A DNA stretch of 64,000 nt, taken from Escherichia phage BP9. The position numbers were made by a program, and so were the translations under genes. The stretch lies in sequence record PP488543.1; one strand, written 5' to 3'. The notes beneath the pieces were generated by a model, which was not told where the DNA came from, made no database searches, and saw only the letters and a program-made list of their open reading frames with translations. Below are positions 8,894 to 20,000 of this stretch, piece after piece (within the stretch, counting starts at the first letter, position 1; every line of letters begins with the position of its first letter).

Positions 8894-11491
8894 ATGCGTA
8901 TTCAACATAACATTGATAACGTATTTCAGATGATTGAGGGGCACAGGAAGTGCCTCGATAACAACACAGGCATTACCAATCTCCCTACGCAGAACAAGCT
9001 GGTAAACCCTGATGGTCTTATAGCTGCAGGGTGGGCAGGTAATAAGATAAATAATGATTGGGCAATGCATGAGTCCCAAGCTGTGTTGATTCTGGGATAC
9101 ATTGAAGCATACAGGGCATCGAAAAGCGATTTCTATCTGGATAGGGCAAAAGATGCTTGGGAAGCTTACAATAGTCATCTTCTGGGTGCATATGCAGTAG
9201 AAAGTAAAATGCAAAGATTGTCCCACTACCCTCTATCTACAGATGGGGTTCCATCACATGGTGGGTTTAAAGATGTGGTGGTGTCTTTTACCAATGGTAG
9301 AGGAAAAATCCCAGCTGGATCTCCGACATGGGGAGAATACCTGGACAAGGCATTCCAAGCGTATAACGGTGTGTTAGGAAGAAACACGGTAGACTCCGAT
9401 GTTTACGGTGGCACAGATGCTAACCCAGATTGGACAACATCCGGATTAAGTTGGTGGGTTGAGTGGTATATAGCATGGGATGGTAACCGCTATTGGGCTA
9501 ACGGTAGCATAGCCGACAGTGGGCATACGTCTGTAGAGTTCGGCACAATCCAATTACAAGATAAGGGTGTTACAGGAAGCCACAAGGTAACCTATTGTGT
9601 AAGATTACCTCAAGAGCAGGGTGGATCGGTGATACCTGCAGGATCCCCTGTAATTGTGAATCCTATAAACGTGGTTGCAGACAATCAAGCCCCAGAGTTG
9701 GACGGGGAAGAAATGTGGTGTGACGCTTGTTATCAACTCTACACCTTGACAGGTGAGGAAAAGTATTACACCGCGTTTAAACAGTCTTACAACAAGTTGC
9801 TTAATTTCAGTGATATAAACGCCTACGACAAACTGTTTAGAAAGACCACGTTGATTAAGGCACCATTTACAGATGGTGCTTGTCTTGTTGCAGGAACAGT
9901 TCCTGTCATGATCAGGGATAGTGACGGGTATATCAATTTTAGAATGAACGCACGCCAGCCTTGCGAAATAATTCAAAAAGGGACTACATACAAAATAGGC
10001 AGAGATGCTGAAATTGTTATGAATTTCGGAGGAGAAGGGGTTCTGTTCCAGCCACATTTCATCCTTAATGATGGCAACAATAACAAAAAACAGTACAGGA
10101 TAGGTGTTCCTTTTGGAGGTGCAGAGGTAACAGAAATAGTTGCCAAGGTTACTGATTTCGTAGAGGTAGTTGGTAAAGACGGTAATCCGTACCTCTTACC
10201 TAAAGAGGAAAACATTGCCGTGAGCGGTGGTGCCAGTGTTAGTATGCAGTACGATACCGACATTTACAACCACTCTGACAACTTCACCCGTTGTAATATA
10301 GCAAGGGGCAAAGTAACTTTCAATTTTGGAAGAGAGATTTCTTTAAACTCAGTAACTTATCGATCAGATGATGAGATGGTAAGGGTCAAATTTCTTGACA
10401 AAGACAGGTGGTTATGGTATGCTGATCTATATGCCACTAATGGACAATGGATAACAGAAACTCTTACTCTAGGAGATTTCAAACTAGATCCGACACAACC
10501 TCATCACACCGAAGAAGAGATTAAACCTTTCTTTGCTAATCCTAAGGGGCTCACCTCTGTAGATTTCAGCCTAAGCGACAGGCAGATAGGTAATGGCTTG
10601 TTTGACCTATATTGTGTCAACACACTGCCGCAATTTTATATTGCAGATAGAGATGCTTATCTAATCTGGTTTAGCGTATGGATGGCAAGCAAGACAGAAT
10701 CAACCGCTAGGGTTGGCGATTGCTATGTCAGAAACTACAAGCAAGGCGCATACAGGCACACACCGGGTGTGTTCCCTGCCGGAAAGGTGATAGATAAGGA
10801 AAACTATCTCTTAGAGGAAAAGCCAAATTGGCCCTACCCTGGCATGCAATATCCAGCAGTCTACTGCATGGGTGCAGAAAACATAGATCGCCATAGATTG
10901 TCAAATACAATAGGCTTTCTGTATGACGCTCAAGTCTGGTATAATAATACATTTAAGACAGAGGGTCCAGTTGCCTCGCGTTATGTATGGCAGAGAGGTA
11001 ATGAAGGGCTGACTGGTTGGTGGGAGATGGTAGATAACTCTAAACTCCAGTCAAGATCTTTTGTTGCTGCGTGCCGCACAATATATGAGCTCAAGAAACA
11101 TAAAGAACCTGTTGATGAAAGACTATTCCTGTTCTGCCAGAAATGGGCATGGTTCCTCAACAGATTCCAGTCATCTCATTCAGGAAATCTGCCCACAGAC
11201 TTTAACACCTCTGGGGGATATTCTTATCAAGACAGAGGAGACAGGATGTGGGTGGTAGGTGAATGGCTTGCAGGTTGCTGCTGGCTAGGTCTGTGCGGGT
11301 ATTCAGAGACAATACCTCAAATAGATATTGTTGTGGAAGCCTGTGTGAAGCTACTGCAAAAGCACCACTTCATTAATGGGGATAATATTTTAAACGGCTG
11401 CTGGGCAGTTTCTGATCCGGTTGGCTATCACTCTGGCGAAATCCTTCGCGGTCTGGGCCTTTATGCTCAATACCGTGGATTGTACCTTTAA
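8894..11491 (+). CDS. putative virion-associated polysaccharide-degrading protein (alpha/alpha-toroid-like ends with a beta-rich insert), 865 aa
   Basis: Trp/Tyr-rich N- and C-terminal segments reminiscent of (alpha/alpha)6-barrel glycosidases/lyases; located among fibre genes. Weak, composition-based inference. Confidence 0.3.
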   Translation: MRIQHNIDNVFQMIEGHRKCLDNNTGITNLPTQNKLVNPDGLIAAGWAGNKINNDWAMHESQAVLILGYIEAYRASKSDFYLDRAKDAWEAYNSHLLGAYAVESKMQRLSHYPLSTDGVPSHGGFKDVVVSFTNGRGKIPAGSPTWGEYLDKAFQAYNGVLGRNTVDSDVYGGTDANPDWTTSGLSWWVEWYIAWDGNRYWANGSIADSGHTSVEFGTIQLQDKGVTGSHKVTYCVRLPQEQGGSVIPAGSPVIVNPINVVADNQAPELDGEEMWCDACYQLYTLTGEEKYYTAFKQSYNKLLNFSDINAYDKLFRKTTLIKAPFTDGACLVAGTVPVMIRDSDGYINFRMNARQPCEIIQKGTTYKIGRDAEIVMNFGGEGVLFQPHFILNDGNNNKKQYRIGVPFGGAEVTEIVAKVTDFVEVVGKDGNPYLLPKEENIAVSGGASVSMQYDTDIYNHSDNFTRCNIARGKVTFNFGREISLNSVTYRSDDEMVRVKFLDKDRWLWYADLYATNGQWITETLTLGDFKLDPTQPHHTEEEIKPFFANPKGLTSVDFSLSDRQIGNGLFDLYCVNTLPQFYIADRDAYLIWFSVWMASKTESTARVGDCYVRNYKQGAYRHTPGVFPAGKVIDKENYLLEEKPNWPYPGMQYPAVYCMGAENIDRHRLSNTIGFLYDAQVWYNNTFKTEGPVASRYVWQRGNEGLTGWWEMVDNSKLQSRSFVAACRTIYELKKHKEPVDERLFLFCQKWAWFLNRFQSSHSGNLPTDFNTSGGYSYQDRGDRMWVVGEWLAGCCWLGLCGYSETIPQIDIVVEACVKLLQKHHFINGDNILNGCWAVSDPVGYHSGEILRGLGLYAQYRGLYL

Positions 11492-11527
11492 CATAGGGGG
11501 GCTGTTTGCCCCCTTTCAGGAGAAAGA

Positions 11528-14500
11528 ATGGCTGATATTAAAGTTGTCAGAATTGAATCTCTTCCTGCCACTACCGCAGTGACAGAGGATGATTACCTGG
11601 TTGTTCAACAACCAGACCTGACCCGTCGTGTAAAAATTGGCGATGTTGTCCATGTTGATGGGACTGTTTCTCATGTAATCTCCTTTAAGGAAGGTGGTAA
11701 GTTAAACGGCCCAATGGATTTTGCCTACTTCGAAGAGGAAGACCTCTACCTGCGTTGGAAAGGCGAATTTCCGCACACTGTTCCTGCACTATCTTCACCG
11801 TACTCCGATGGCGGGATTACTGACGCTGCATGGATGGTATATACTGACCCGTCCTTAAGGGAGGAGCTGGAATCTACCATTGGCGCATCCATGATCATGA
11901 CAGCCGAAGGGCAGTCTGTCCAGGATGTAATGGATGTTACTGTTCAGACAGCTAACGATGCCAAAGCACTTGCACAGCGTGTAGATTTTGGTACAGTGCA
12001 CACTGTAGGCGATGTTATTCACCTTGATAACTTTGTTGGCCCTGCAGTTATTGAAGAGGGAAGAACTACCAACTACCCTTCTGTAGCAGCTGGTGAAAAA
12101 TTTCTGAACGGTGTGGTATCTCGTCGTGATACTACAACTGTTGATGGTATTTTCCGTGGCGCTACCTCCGGAGCAATGTATACCATTGCAGTAACCAACG
12201 GTGTAGCAACAACAAAAAGAATAGCACTTCGTGATGAATTTAAACGCCTGGAGGCAAACAACCAAACAAGAACAATTATCCGTGCTGGAGATGATTTAAA
12301 CACGGCAGGGTACTTGCAGCTTGATGCAACAGGCCGTTGGGGTATGTGGAACCAACAAACAGCTTCTTGGCAGCCTCTTGCTATAGAGCAGGGCGGCACA
12401 GGGGCTAGAGATGCCGCTGGAATCCGTACCAATATCGGTGCTTTCTATAAGCAACGTGCAGCCCTTGAGCCAAATTTCAATATCAATAACTTGACTGGTA
12501 ATCAGGATGGTATATACTACCAGCCGATGACTGCTTATGCAACTGAGGCAAATGGTTATCCTGCAGGTTCTGGTGCTGGTCACTTGATTGTTTGGCAGAA
12601 CAATGCTAACGGTGGTACAGGTTGTCGTCAGGAATACTATCCATTCTCCAACGTAGATGTTTGGTATTTGAGAACCTATCAGGCCAACACAAATCAGTGG
12701 ACTGCATGGCAGCCGATGGTCAGACCTCGTAACGATGATACCTTTAGAGCGCACATCGGTCTCGGGTCTAGAAACTCCCCTACCTTCGGGCACCTTTACC
12801 TGTCTCAAAGCTCTGCGGATGTTAAGTCAGCATCAGGTATTGTTAACGGAGACAAATACAACGCTGACGGTGTCCTTGAGCATGGGTATAGGATCTACTC
12901 TGAGGTAAGGAACGACAATAAGGCTTGGTTGACAATCCACCTGCACAAAGGTGCAAAAGGATCTGAAACTCATAGATATTTAGGCTTCCGTGAGGATGGG
13001 GTCTTAGATTGTCCTAAATATATGCAGGTTGGTGATCTGAACGGTCAGATGGCAAACTGGGGACTTGGAGAATGGATCCGCAGTTCAGGAGCAGAAAGAG
13101 GTTTCTGGGGATCTAAGAAAGCCGCCAAGATGGTCATCTGGGATGGCGGTATGGACGAGCAAGGTGAAGGAACGCTTGAGTGGGGTGTTTATAACAACCG
13201 GAAAGCCAAATGGGAACCACTACCGATAGCTTGTGGTGGTACCAGTGCCAGGACTGTAGGGGATGCTCAAGCACAATTCAGAATCCCTCTGGCAGCAGGT
13301 ACTAGACCATATGTAAACCTGCCTAGAACTGCAGCTATGCAGGACGGTAAGTATTATCCTATTATCGTCAGAACTGACCCCAACTTTGCAGCAACTATCG
13401 GGACAGATTTAACCATTGTCACCAGATCTTCTTCTGGCGGCGACCCAATGAACTGTGCTACACTACAGTGTCACTACAGAATTGGTGGCTGGACAGACAG
13501 AGGTGATTCTTTCCAAGGGGTTATTAATTTCTACCAAAACGAGAAAGCAATCCTCGGATGTGTATCTCCAACCAGAGGTAAGCAGGAGTATGTTGCATTC
13601 TATGTAGAGGCACGTGCATTCCCTGTTACAGTATATGCTGGCGCTACTGTAATAGAAGTGTCAACCAGGGAGGTTGATTGGCAGGTAGGCAACGTGGAAG
13701 GTAACCAAGATGGTGTCAAGTTCTGTGCTCCTCTGGCATCTGCAGATTTGAGTCTTGCAATCAAAGGTGATGATGTAACAAACACTAGACCTCTGGTTGA
13801 GTTCAAAGGGACATCAGGTTTCTACACTGGTGGTGGAACTATGTGGCACTACCTGGGAACTCCTGAACGCTATGCAGTGATGAGCAAAATGAACATGCCT
13901 AAAGTCGAGCTTTGGGCAGACGGTATTGACTACATTTGTCCTGGTAGTCAGACCACTAGAAAAGCACTGTTCTCTAACGCAGGGTTCCAAGCTGCATCGG
14001 AAGGAACAGAGGATCTGATCAACAACACCTTTACCTCTAAATGTGGTAATGGTGCAAGACTACAAGGCCAGGCAGAGTTCAGATCTACTCCAGAGGCTGG
14101 TCAAGTTATTGTTCGTGATGTTGTAGGCACAGCTCATAGATTCTATAACTTCAACAAAGATGGCACTTTCTCAGCCCCTGGTGGTTTTGTATGTCATACT
14201 GGTGCAGACTGGAACAACCAGTTTGGGCCTAACAACCCTTCTAAAATAATGGCAGGCAATGTCAACGGACCTGAAGGATCGATGGTTGTTGGTGGGTTGT
14301 CTGTGGCGTTTTCTGGAAACTATGCCTTCCAAATGGCTGGTCGCCTTGATCAGTTATACACCAGATCTATCGAGGGTGGTAACCATAGGGCATGGAACAA
14401 AGTTATTCAGCACCGTGGTCAAGGTCTGGGGACAGAAGACCTTAATGACTACGATGGTAGCCGTGAAGGTTTCTATCACCAGGGTTCAAACGCTGACGCA

Positions 14501-15340
14501 CTTGTAATAGCTCGTCACTACCCTGCTCCGTACGCTGGTACGCTGCTTGTTTACAAAAACACAGCCAACAGACCGCAAGGTTGTGTGCAGGAATACATTA
14601 CCTATTTTGGTGACAGATATACTCGTGCTGGTAACTACGTTGGCGATGTCTTTACTTGGGAAGAATGGAGACACGATGCTGGTAAGGGCATTCAGTTAAG
14701 ACCTAATTACACTTTCGGTGAAAACAGTACTCAGCTGGAAATTCATGTTGGTGCTAATGGTCTTCCATCCAACGCCGATAACTTACCTACCAACAATGCT
14801 ATACTCCATTATTGGGGTAACGGCAGTGCAGGGACTCGTCCAAACGTGTTAGAGTTTAAGGTTCTTGACGAGTCTCAATCGGCTTATGTATGGCATTGCG
14901 GTACCTTGCCGGATAAATCAAGATATCTTTCTGTAAACGGTGCTGTGAATTGCACATCTGTCAATCAGAGTTCTGACAGAGATCTGAAAGATAACATAGC
15001 TGTTATTCCTGATGCGTTAGAAGCTATCCGGAAGATGAGGGGTTATACTTACACTCTTAAAGAGAACGGTATGCCTTATGCAGGTGTTATAGCACAAGAA
15101 GTTCTTGAAGCGCTGCCGGAAGCAGTTAGCTCTTTCGTGCAAAGAAAGGAAATCCCAAACCCTGATCAGGATGGAACTCCTTTAATAACAGAGGAAAGAT
15201 TCTACAGCGTGGATTACGCAGCTGTAACAGGCTTGCTTGTCCAGGTTTGCAGGGAACAGGATGATAAAATAACCGCCCTTGAGGAGCAGGTTAAAAAATT
15301 GACAGAGGTTGTTACTGGGTTGCAAGAGAAACTGAAGTAA
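11528..15340 (+). CDS. long tail fibre with C-terminal peptidase S74 intramolecular chaperone domain (1270 aa)
   Basis: C-terminus SDRDLKDNIAVIPDALEAIRKMRGYTYTLKENGMPYAGVIAQEVLEALPEAV...coiled coil is the hallmark autoproteolytic chaperone domain of endosialidases and T5 L-shaped fibres; N-terminal anchor shared with 8224..8892. Confidence 0.8.
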   Translation: MADIKVVRIESLPATTAVTEDDYLVVQQPDLTRRVKIGDVVHVDGTVSHVISFKEGGKLNGPMDFAYFEEEDLYLRWKGEFPHTVPALSSPYSDGGITDAAWMVYTDPSLREELESTIGASMIMTAEGQSVQDVMDVTVQTANDAKALAQRVDFGTVHTVGDVIHLDNFVGPAVIEEGRTTNYPSVAAGEKFLNGVVSRRDTTTVDGIFRGATSGAMYTIAVTNGVATTKRIALRDEFKRLEANNQTRTIIRAGDDLNTAGYLQLDATGRWGMWNQQTASWQPLAIEQGGTGARDAAGIRTNIGAFYKQRAALEPNFNINNLTGNQDGIYYQPMTAYATEANGYPAGSGAGHLIVWQNNANGGTGCRQEYYPFSNVDVWYLRTYQANTNQWTAWQPMVRPRNDDTFRAHIGLGSRNSPTFGHLYLSQSSADVKSASGIVNGDKYNADGVLEHGYRIYSEVRNDNKAWLTIHLHKGAKGSETHRYLGFREDGVLDCPKYMQVGDLNGQMANWGLGEWIRSSGAERGFWGSKKAAKMVIWDGGMDEQGEGTLEWGVYNNRKAKWEPLPIACGGTSARTVGDAQAQFRIPLAAGTRPYVNLPRTAAMQDGKYYPIIVRTDPNFAATIGTDLTIVTRSSSGGDPMNCATLQCHYRIGGWTDRGDSFQGVINFYQNEKAILGCVSPTRGKQEYVAFYVEARAFPVTVYAGATVIEVSTREVDWQVGNVEGNQDGVKFCAPLASADLSLAIKGDDVTNTRPLVEFKGTSGFYTGGGTMWHYLGTPERYAVMSKMNMPKVELWADGIDYICPGSQTTRKALFSNAGFQAASEGTEDLINNTFTSKCGNGARLQGQAEFRSTPEAGQVIVRDVVGTAHRFYNFNKDGTFSAPGGFVCHTGADWNNQFGPNNPSKIMAGNVNGPEGSMVVGGLSVAFSGNYAFQMAGRLDQLYTRSIEGGNHRAWNKVIQHRGQGLGTEDLNDYDGSREGFYHQGSNADALVIARHYPAPYAGTLLVYKNTANRPQGCVQEYITYFGDRYTRAGNYVGDVFTWEEWRHDAGKGIQLRPNYTFGENSTQLEIHVGANGLPSNADNLPTNNAILHYWGNGSAGTRPNVLEFKVLDESQSAYVWHCGTLPDKSRYLSVNGAVNCTSVNQSSDRDLKDNIAVIPDALEAIRKMRGYTYTLKENGMPYAGVIAQEVLEALPEAVSSFVQRKEIPNPDQDGTPLITEERFYSVDYAAVTGLLVQVCREQDDKITALEEQVKKLTEVVTGLQEKLK

Positions 15341-15347
15341 CTGTTTT

Positions 15348-15372
15348 GCCCCCGCTTCGGCGGGGGCTTTTT
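15348..15372 (+). terminator. rho-independent terminator (cccccgc-UUCG-gcggggg + T5)
   Basis: Perfect 7-bp GC stem with ttcg tetraloop and ttttt, 8 bp after the fibre stop. Confidence 0.8.
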
Positions 15373-15379
15373 GTTTGTA

Positions 15380-15408
15380 TTGCGTATTAACTCAAAATCT
15401 GGTAAAAT
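15380..15408 (+). promoter_or_regulatory. sigma70-type promoter with extended -10 (TTGCGT-17 bp-TGgTAAAAT)
   Basis: -35 at 15380-15385, -10 TAAAAT at 15403-15408 with TG at -15/-14; same -10 block as the promoters at 1226 and 21196. Confidence 0.55.
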
Positions 15409-15439
15409 AACTATCATGATTGTTTAACCGGGAGGCACA

Positions 15440-16030
15440 ATGTTTTTATGGGAAAGGCCTAGATACCTTCCAGATATTAGATTGGAGCTGCTGGCAGATA
15501 TTGTTACGTTTAAAAGTCCGTTTACAGGTAAAACGCAAAAAGTAACCTATGCCACACCTAACTGGAAAGGCACTTTGACGGTTTCCAATATCAGCGAGTC
15601 ACAGTTGCTAGAGCTTAAGAGCTTTGTTGATCAGGTGTATAAAGATGGAAACATCTTTCTTATTAAAACTTACGGTCACTCAGTAACAGCTAATGAGCCA
15701 ATCGCCCTCGGGCCTACTGGTAACGATGATTTTTTGAGGACGGTTGGGTGGGAGCCAAACAGAGACATAGCCAGAGCTGGGGATAAAATATCTGTCAATG
15801 ATGAATTGAAAGTGGTAACAGCTCCAGTGCGTAGCGATGGTGTTGGGTCTGCTGTTATAAGCATATCTCCAAGACTTAGAAAACCTATTGCCGCAGGGGA
15901 CACTATGAAGATAATAACTCAATCCCCGAAGGGTAGGTTTCATATCAGAGATATTTATAAAATTAAGCAAAAAGTCGATGCTATGCAAAAAGGGGATAAT
16001 ATAGTTATCAACTTCTTTGAGGATTTCTAA
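15440..16030 (+). CDS. putative distal tail / minor tail protein (lambda M or GTA Dit-like position)
   Basis: First gene of a four-gene unit ending in the lambda J-like gene; assignment by synteny. Confidence 0.3.
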   Translation: MFLWERPRYLPDIRLELLADIVTFKSPFTGKTQKVTYATPNWKGTLTVSNISESQLLELKSFVDQVYKDGNIFLIKTYGHSVTANEPIALGPTGNDDFLRTVGWEPNRDIARAGDKISVNDELKVVTAPVRSDGVGSAVISISPRLRKPIAAGDTMKIITQSPKGRFHIRDIYKIKQKVDAMQKGDNIVINFFEDF

Positions 16031-16135
16031 GATGATCAGAGCGCCATTAGATAATTTATTTCTTGAAAGCTGGAGCTTGATGGTGTTGAGATCTTAATTG
16101 CTGCAAAGCTGGAGCTACCGACAGGAACTGTCAGG

Positions 16136-16582
16136 GTGTGCTCAGGCACTGGTGTTGTAGTAATTGAGGGGCAACATTTTATAGGGATAGGTGGGTCAGC
16201 AACATTAACCGCTGTGTCTGAGAAAGATGCCACCAACTTCGGATCTGTGGTAGCGACATTGAACGGGTTTGATCCTAAGTATGTGGGTGATCTGCTGAAG
16301 ACGGAGTATTCTGGTTGTCGTGCCACGTTGTACATTACCGCTATGGAGAATGGTCTGCCTGTTACAACTAATGGCTTGTTTGACGGCCTTATAACAGATA
16401 TGGCTATTCAGACGGGTGAGAATAGCGCTTTGTCCATATCCATCTCTTCCATCTTCAACAGTTGGTTAAGAGGTTTTCCTTATCGGTACACGGAGGAAAG
16501 CCACAGCTCAAGAAACGATAACGACAGATTTTTTAAATATGTGGATCAGGTGGCGAGCCGCCCGATCATTTGGGAGGTTTAA
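16136..16582 (+). CDS. putative minor tail protein (lambda L / hub-associated position)
   Basis: GTG start at 16136 in the track; the frame is open upstream to about 16055 with a possible TTG start near 16076. Synteny only. Confidence 0.3.
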   Translation: MCSGTGVVVIEGQHFIGIGGSATLTAVSEKDATNFGSVVATLNGFDPKYVGDLLKTEYSGCRATLYITAMENGLPVTTNGLFDGLITDMAIQTGENSALSISISSIFNSWLRGFPYRYTEESHSSRNDNDRFFKYVDQVASRPIIWEV

Positions 16583-17007
16583 TGAGCACACATCCTCGTC
16601 TAGTGGACTGGCAAGAAAGATTGTGGAAAGTGTTTGACGAAGAGGCCACCATACCTTTTGAATGGGGATTCCACGATTGTTGCACCTTTGCAGCTAAGTG
16701 TGTTGATGCCCAATACGGAACAGATTTTCTTTCTAACTTCGAAGGAACGTATAAAACAGAGTTGGAAAGCAAAAGATGGTGCATGCTCCGTTTCAAAACC
16801 ACACACCTGCCTACTATTTTTGATCTCTTTATGACTCGGCTGGATACTCCTAAACAGGTTCAGCGTGGAGATATTGTCATTTTCGAAGGTCTGAACGGCC
16901 TCACCGCTGGTGTGTTCTGGAACAACCAGATTTGGGCGAAAGGTGATAAAGGGGTCTTTATGTTCGATATGAAAGATTCTATCGTTGTTGATGTCTGGAG
17001 GTATTAA
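16570..17007 (+). CDS. NlpC/P60-like cysteine peptidase-fold tail protein (lambda K / GTA phage-NlpC family)
   Basis: FEWGFHDCCTFAAKCVDAQYG contains the His-Asp-Cys arrangement typical of phage tail NlpC/P60 proteins; directly precedes and overlaps the J-like gene. Confidence 0.5.
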   Translation: MGGLMSTHPRLVDWQERLWKVFDEEATIPFEWGFHDCCTFAAKCVDAQYGTDFLSNFEGTYKTELESKRWCMLRFKTTHLPTIFDLFMTRLDTPKQVQRGDIVIFEGLNGLTAGVFWNNQIWAKGDKGVFMFDMKDSIVVDVWRY

Positions 17008-20000
17008 TGCCAATTGCAATGATTGATAACATCGTTGCTTCTGCAAGATCTTCAAGTTATGACTGGAACGCATCCAAGGCAGCTCTGGCTGACAGCCTGA
17101 ACACTGTTACCACCAGAACTCTGGATAAGATTTTTGAGGGTAACAAATCTTACAGAAGTCAGCAAGATAGACAAAAGCTTCTCAGATCTTCTGCTGCACC
17201 CTGCTCTGTAGTGTATGGAAAGACACGCACATCTGGATTGCTTGCGTTTTTGGAGCAGGATAGAGACAAAACCCTCCATTGTGCTATTGTTCTTGCCAAT
17301 CACCCTCTGGAAGGTATAGAAGATATACTTATCGATGGTAATCCTATTTCCTCGTATGGAGATTTGGTATCGTGGGAGTTACATAACGACAGAAAAACGG
17401 CTGATCCTTTCATGGGGACACACTGCCCATCGTGGTCACCAGACATGATAGGTAGAGGGATCAGTTGGCTACGTGCCAGCTTCAAGTTCGACCCTAACAA
17501 GTTTCCTTTTGGGTTGCCAAACGTTACACTCGTTAAGGTTGGTAAAAAATGCTATGATCCTCGTATCAGTAAAGAGGTGTACACCAATAACGCATCCTTG
17601 GTGATCCTGGACTATTTAAGAACGTACCTTAAATGTCCTGACGAAACCATCAACTGGGAGTCCTTTAAGGAGGCTGCCAACATATGCGACGAGGCGGTAA
17701 AAAACGCTGACGGAACCAGTGAGCGACGTTACACCATTAACGGTGAGTTTGACATGGATGAGGCCCCAGCAAGTATTATGGCAGAAATGCTGAAAGCTTG
17801 CGGTGCAGACCTTAGTTATGTTGCTGGTAAGTATGGTTTGCTGGTTGGTGCATACTATGGTCCGGCAACAATGACATTGAGTGAGGACTGTGTCTGTGGT
17901 GAGGTTAAGATCTATCCGGAAGCCTCATTTGACAAAAGATCTAACACAATAACTGGCAGATTCACTAGTCCGACCAAAGGGTATTCTGAAACAGATTTCC
18001 CATCAGTGTTTGTCCCAGAGTGGATAGAGAAGGATGGAGAAAGAAAGATAATCGATATAGACTATCGCTTTGTTACCAGTCCTTATCAAGCTCAACGTGT
18101 TTCTGCAATCTTCTTAAGACGTGCTAGAGCTGGCAGGATTATTGAAGTCACCTGCAATATGCGAGGTTTTAAATTTAAGCCTGGCCGTTACGTTACAATG
18201 AATCTCCCAAGTATTGGTATAGTAGGCCAAGAAATGAGGGTTCTTGAATGGGAGTTCACCAAAAAGGGTGGTGTCAAGGTAAAACTTCGTCAAGATGCTA
18301 AAGAGTGGAATGATGCCACAGGGCAACTTCCGGATTCTGGTGATGTAGATATTCCGATATCTCCATCTGGTGTAGCTCAACCGCAAAACTTCAGATACTC
18401 CGTCCTCCAAGCTGGGGAAATAACTCACGGTGTTCTGGCTTGGGACAACGTTGGGACTTACGCTCAAAATATTGTGCAGGTAAGAAAGAACGGAGAGATT
18501 GTTTGGACAGCACAGACAGTTGAGCAGTTTGTCCGAGTAGAAGGCTTGACCAAAGGGTCATACACAGCAACCGTGGTTGCAACATCTTATAAAGGTGGTG
18601 TATCTCCAGAAGCGTACTGCGAGTTTAACATTCAGGCACCTGAAGCTCCTGTTTCTGTAGAGGTTAAGCAGGGATACTTTGCTATCACCTTGATTCCACA
18701 CAGCAGGGATTTAGCAAGTGTAAGCACCCAGTATGACTTTTGGACATCTGGTATGACAAGGTTGCCCGACACCAGCGATGCAACCGTTACTTCAAACGCC
18801 ACCCGTATGGGTGTTGGTTCAACTTGGACATCCGAAGGTCTGCAGAACGATAAGGTTTATTATTGGTATATTCGAACCACAAACGCTTTTGGTAGCTCTC
18901 AGTTTGTAGAGTGTGCTGCACGCTGCTATACCTCCATTGAGGATTTGATGCCTCAGATAGATGCTGAATTCAAAAAGACAGAAACTTATAAAGAGTTGAT
19001 GAGCACTTTGGATTCCTCTATTGAAGAGGTTGAAAATCGTGTCACAGAACTTAACAGGTACATGGATGGTAGAGTTGACGAGGCTTTTGACCACATGGAA
19101 GGTGAGTTCTCTAGAGTAGACAAGCTGTATGCTCAGTTGGGAGATAGGGTTGGAATATTCATCCAAGAAACCCACGACAACTTCCAGGACGTTAATGGAA
19201 CGCTTACCACTCTAGATCAGAAACTGGTAGCCACTCAGAACAAGTTTGCAGATGATCTTTCTAAAGAAAGTGGCAAGCTTGCTTCTCTAATCCAGACCAC
19301 TAACAAAGCTACAACCGATCTGTTAAATCAGAAAACTGAAGCTTTGGACGAGAAGATTGTTTCAACCAGGGGTGAGTTGGAAGATGCTTTAGCGCAGGAA
19401 AGCTCTGAGCTGAACTCCCTGATTGTATCAACCAATAAAACGACTACAGATCTCCTTAATCGGAAAACCGAGGCTTTAGACAATAAGCTGACGGCAACGA
19501 AAGGTGAGTTGACCAACAATCTGCAGAATGAGAGTGCTAAACTATCGTCCTTGATTGAGTCAACCAACAAATCCACCACTGATCTTCTTAATAAGAAAAC
19601 AGAGGCGTTGGATGAAAAACTGGTTGCTGCACAGGGCGAGTTGACTGAGCAGATCGGAGATGTTGAAAAAGGCTATCTGGCTGGTGATAAGAGCCTAGAG
19701 GGCAAGTTGAATACTCAAAGATCTGAGTTGGATGCGAGCATTCTGAGCACTAACCAGGCCACTGTGGACTTGCTGAACAGAACTTCTGAGACTCTTGACC
19801 AGAAGATTAGCCAGACCAACGCCACAGTGTCCAAAAACTACACCACGCTTGATGGTAAGATAAACACCGCCAAGTCTGATCTTAATACGTTGATTTCTAC
19901 CACCAACAAGGCCACAACTGACCTGTTGAATCAGAAAACGGCAGCTTTGACTGAGCAGTTAACCACTGCTAAAGGGCAGATTACAACCAACACCAATAAT

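Noticed and set aside
8894-11491. 865-aa ORF as the baseplate J/gp6 wedge protein
   Set aside because: It lacks the baseplate J-like N-terminal pattern and is rich in Trp/Tyr segments more typical of carbohydrate-active enzymes; the baseplate J-like candidate is 21258..22748.
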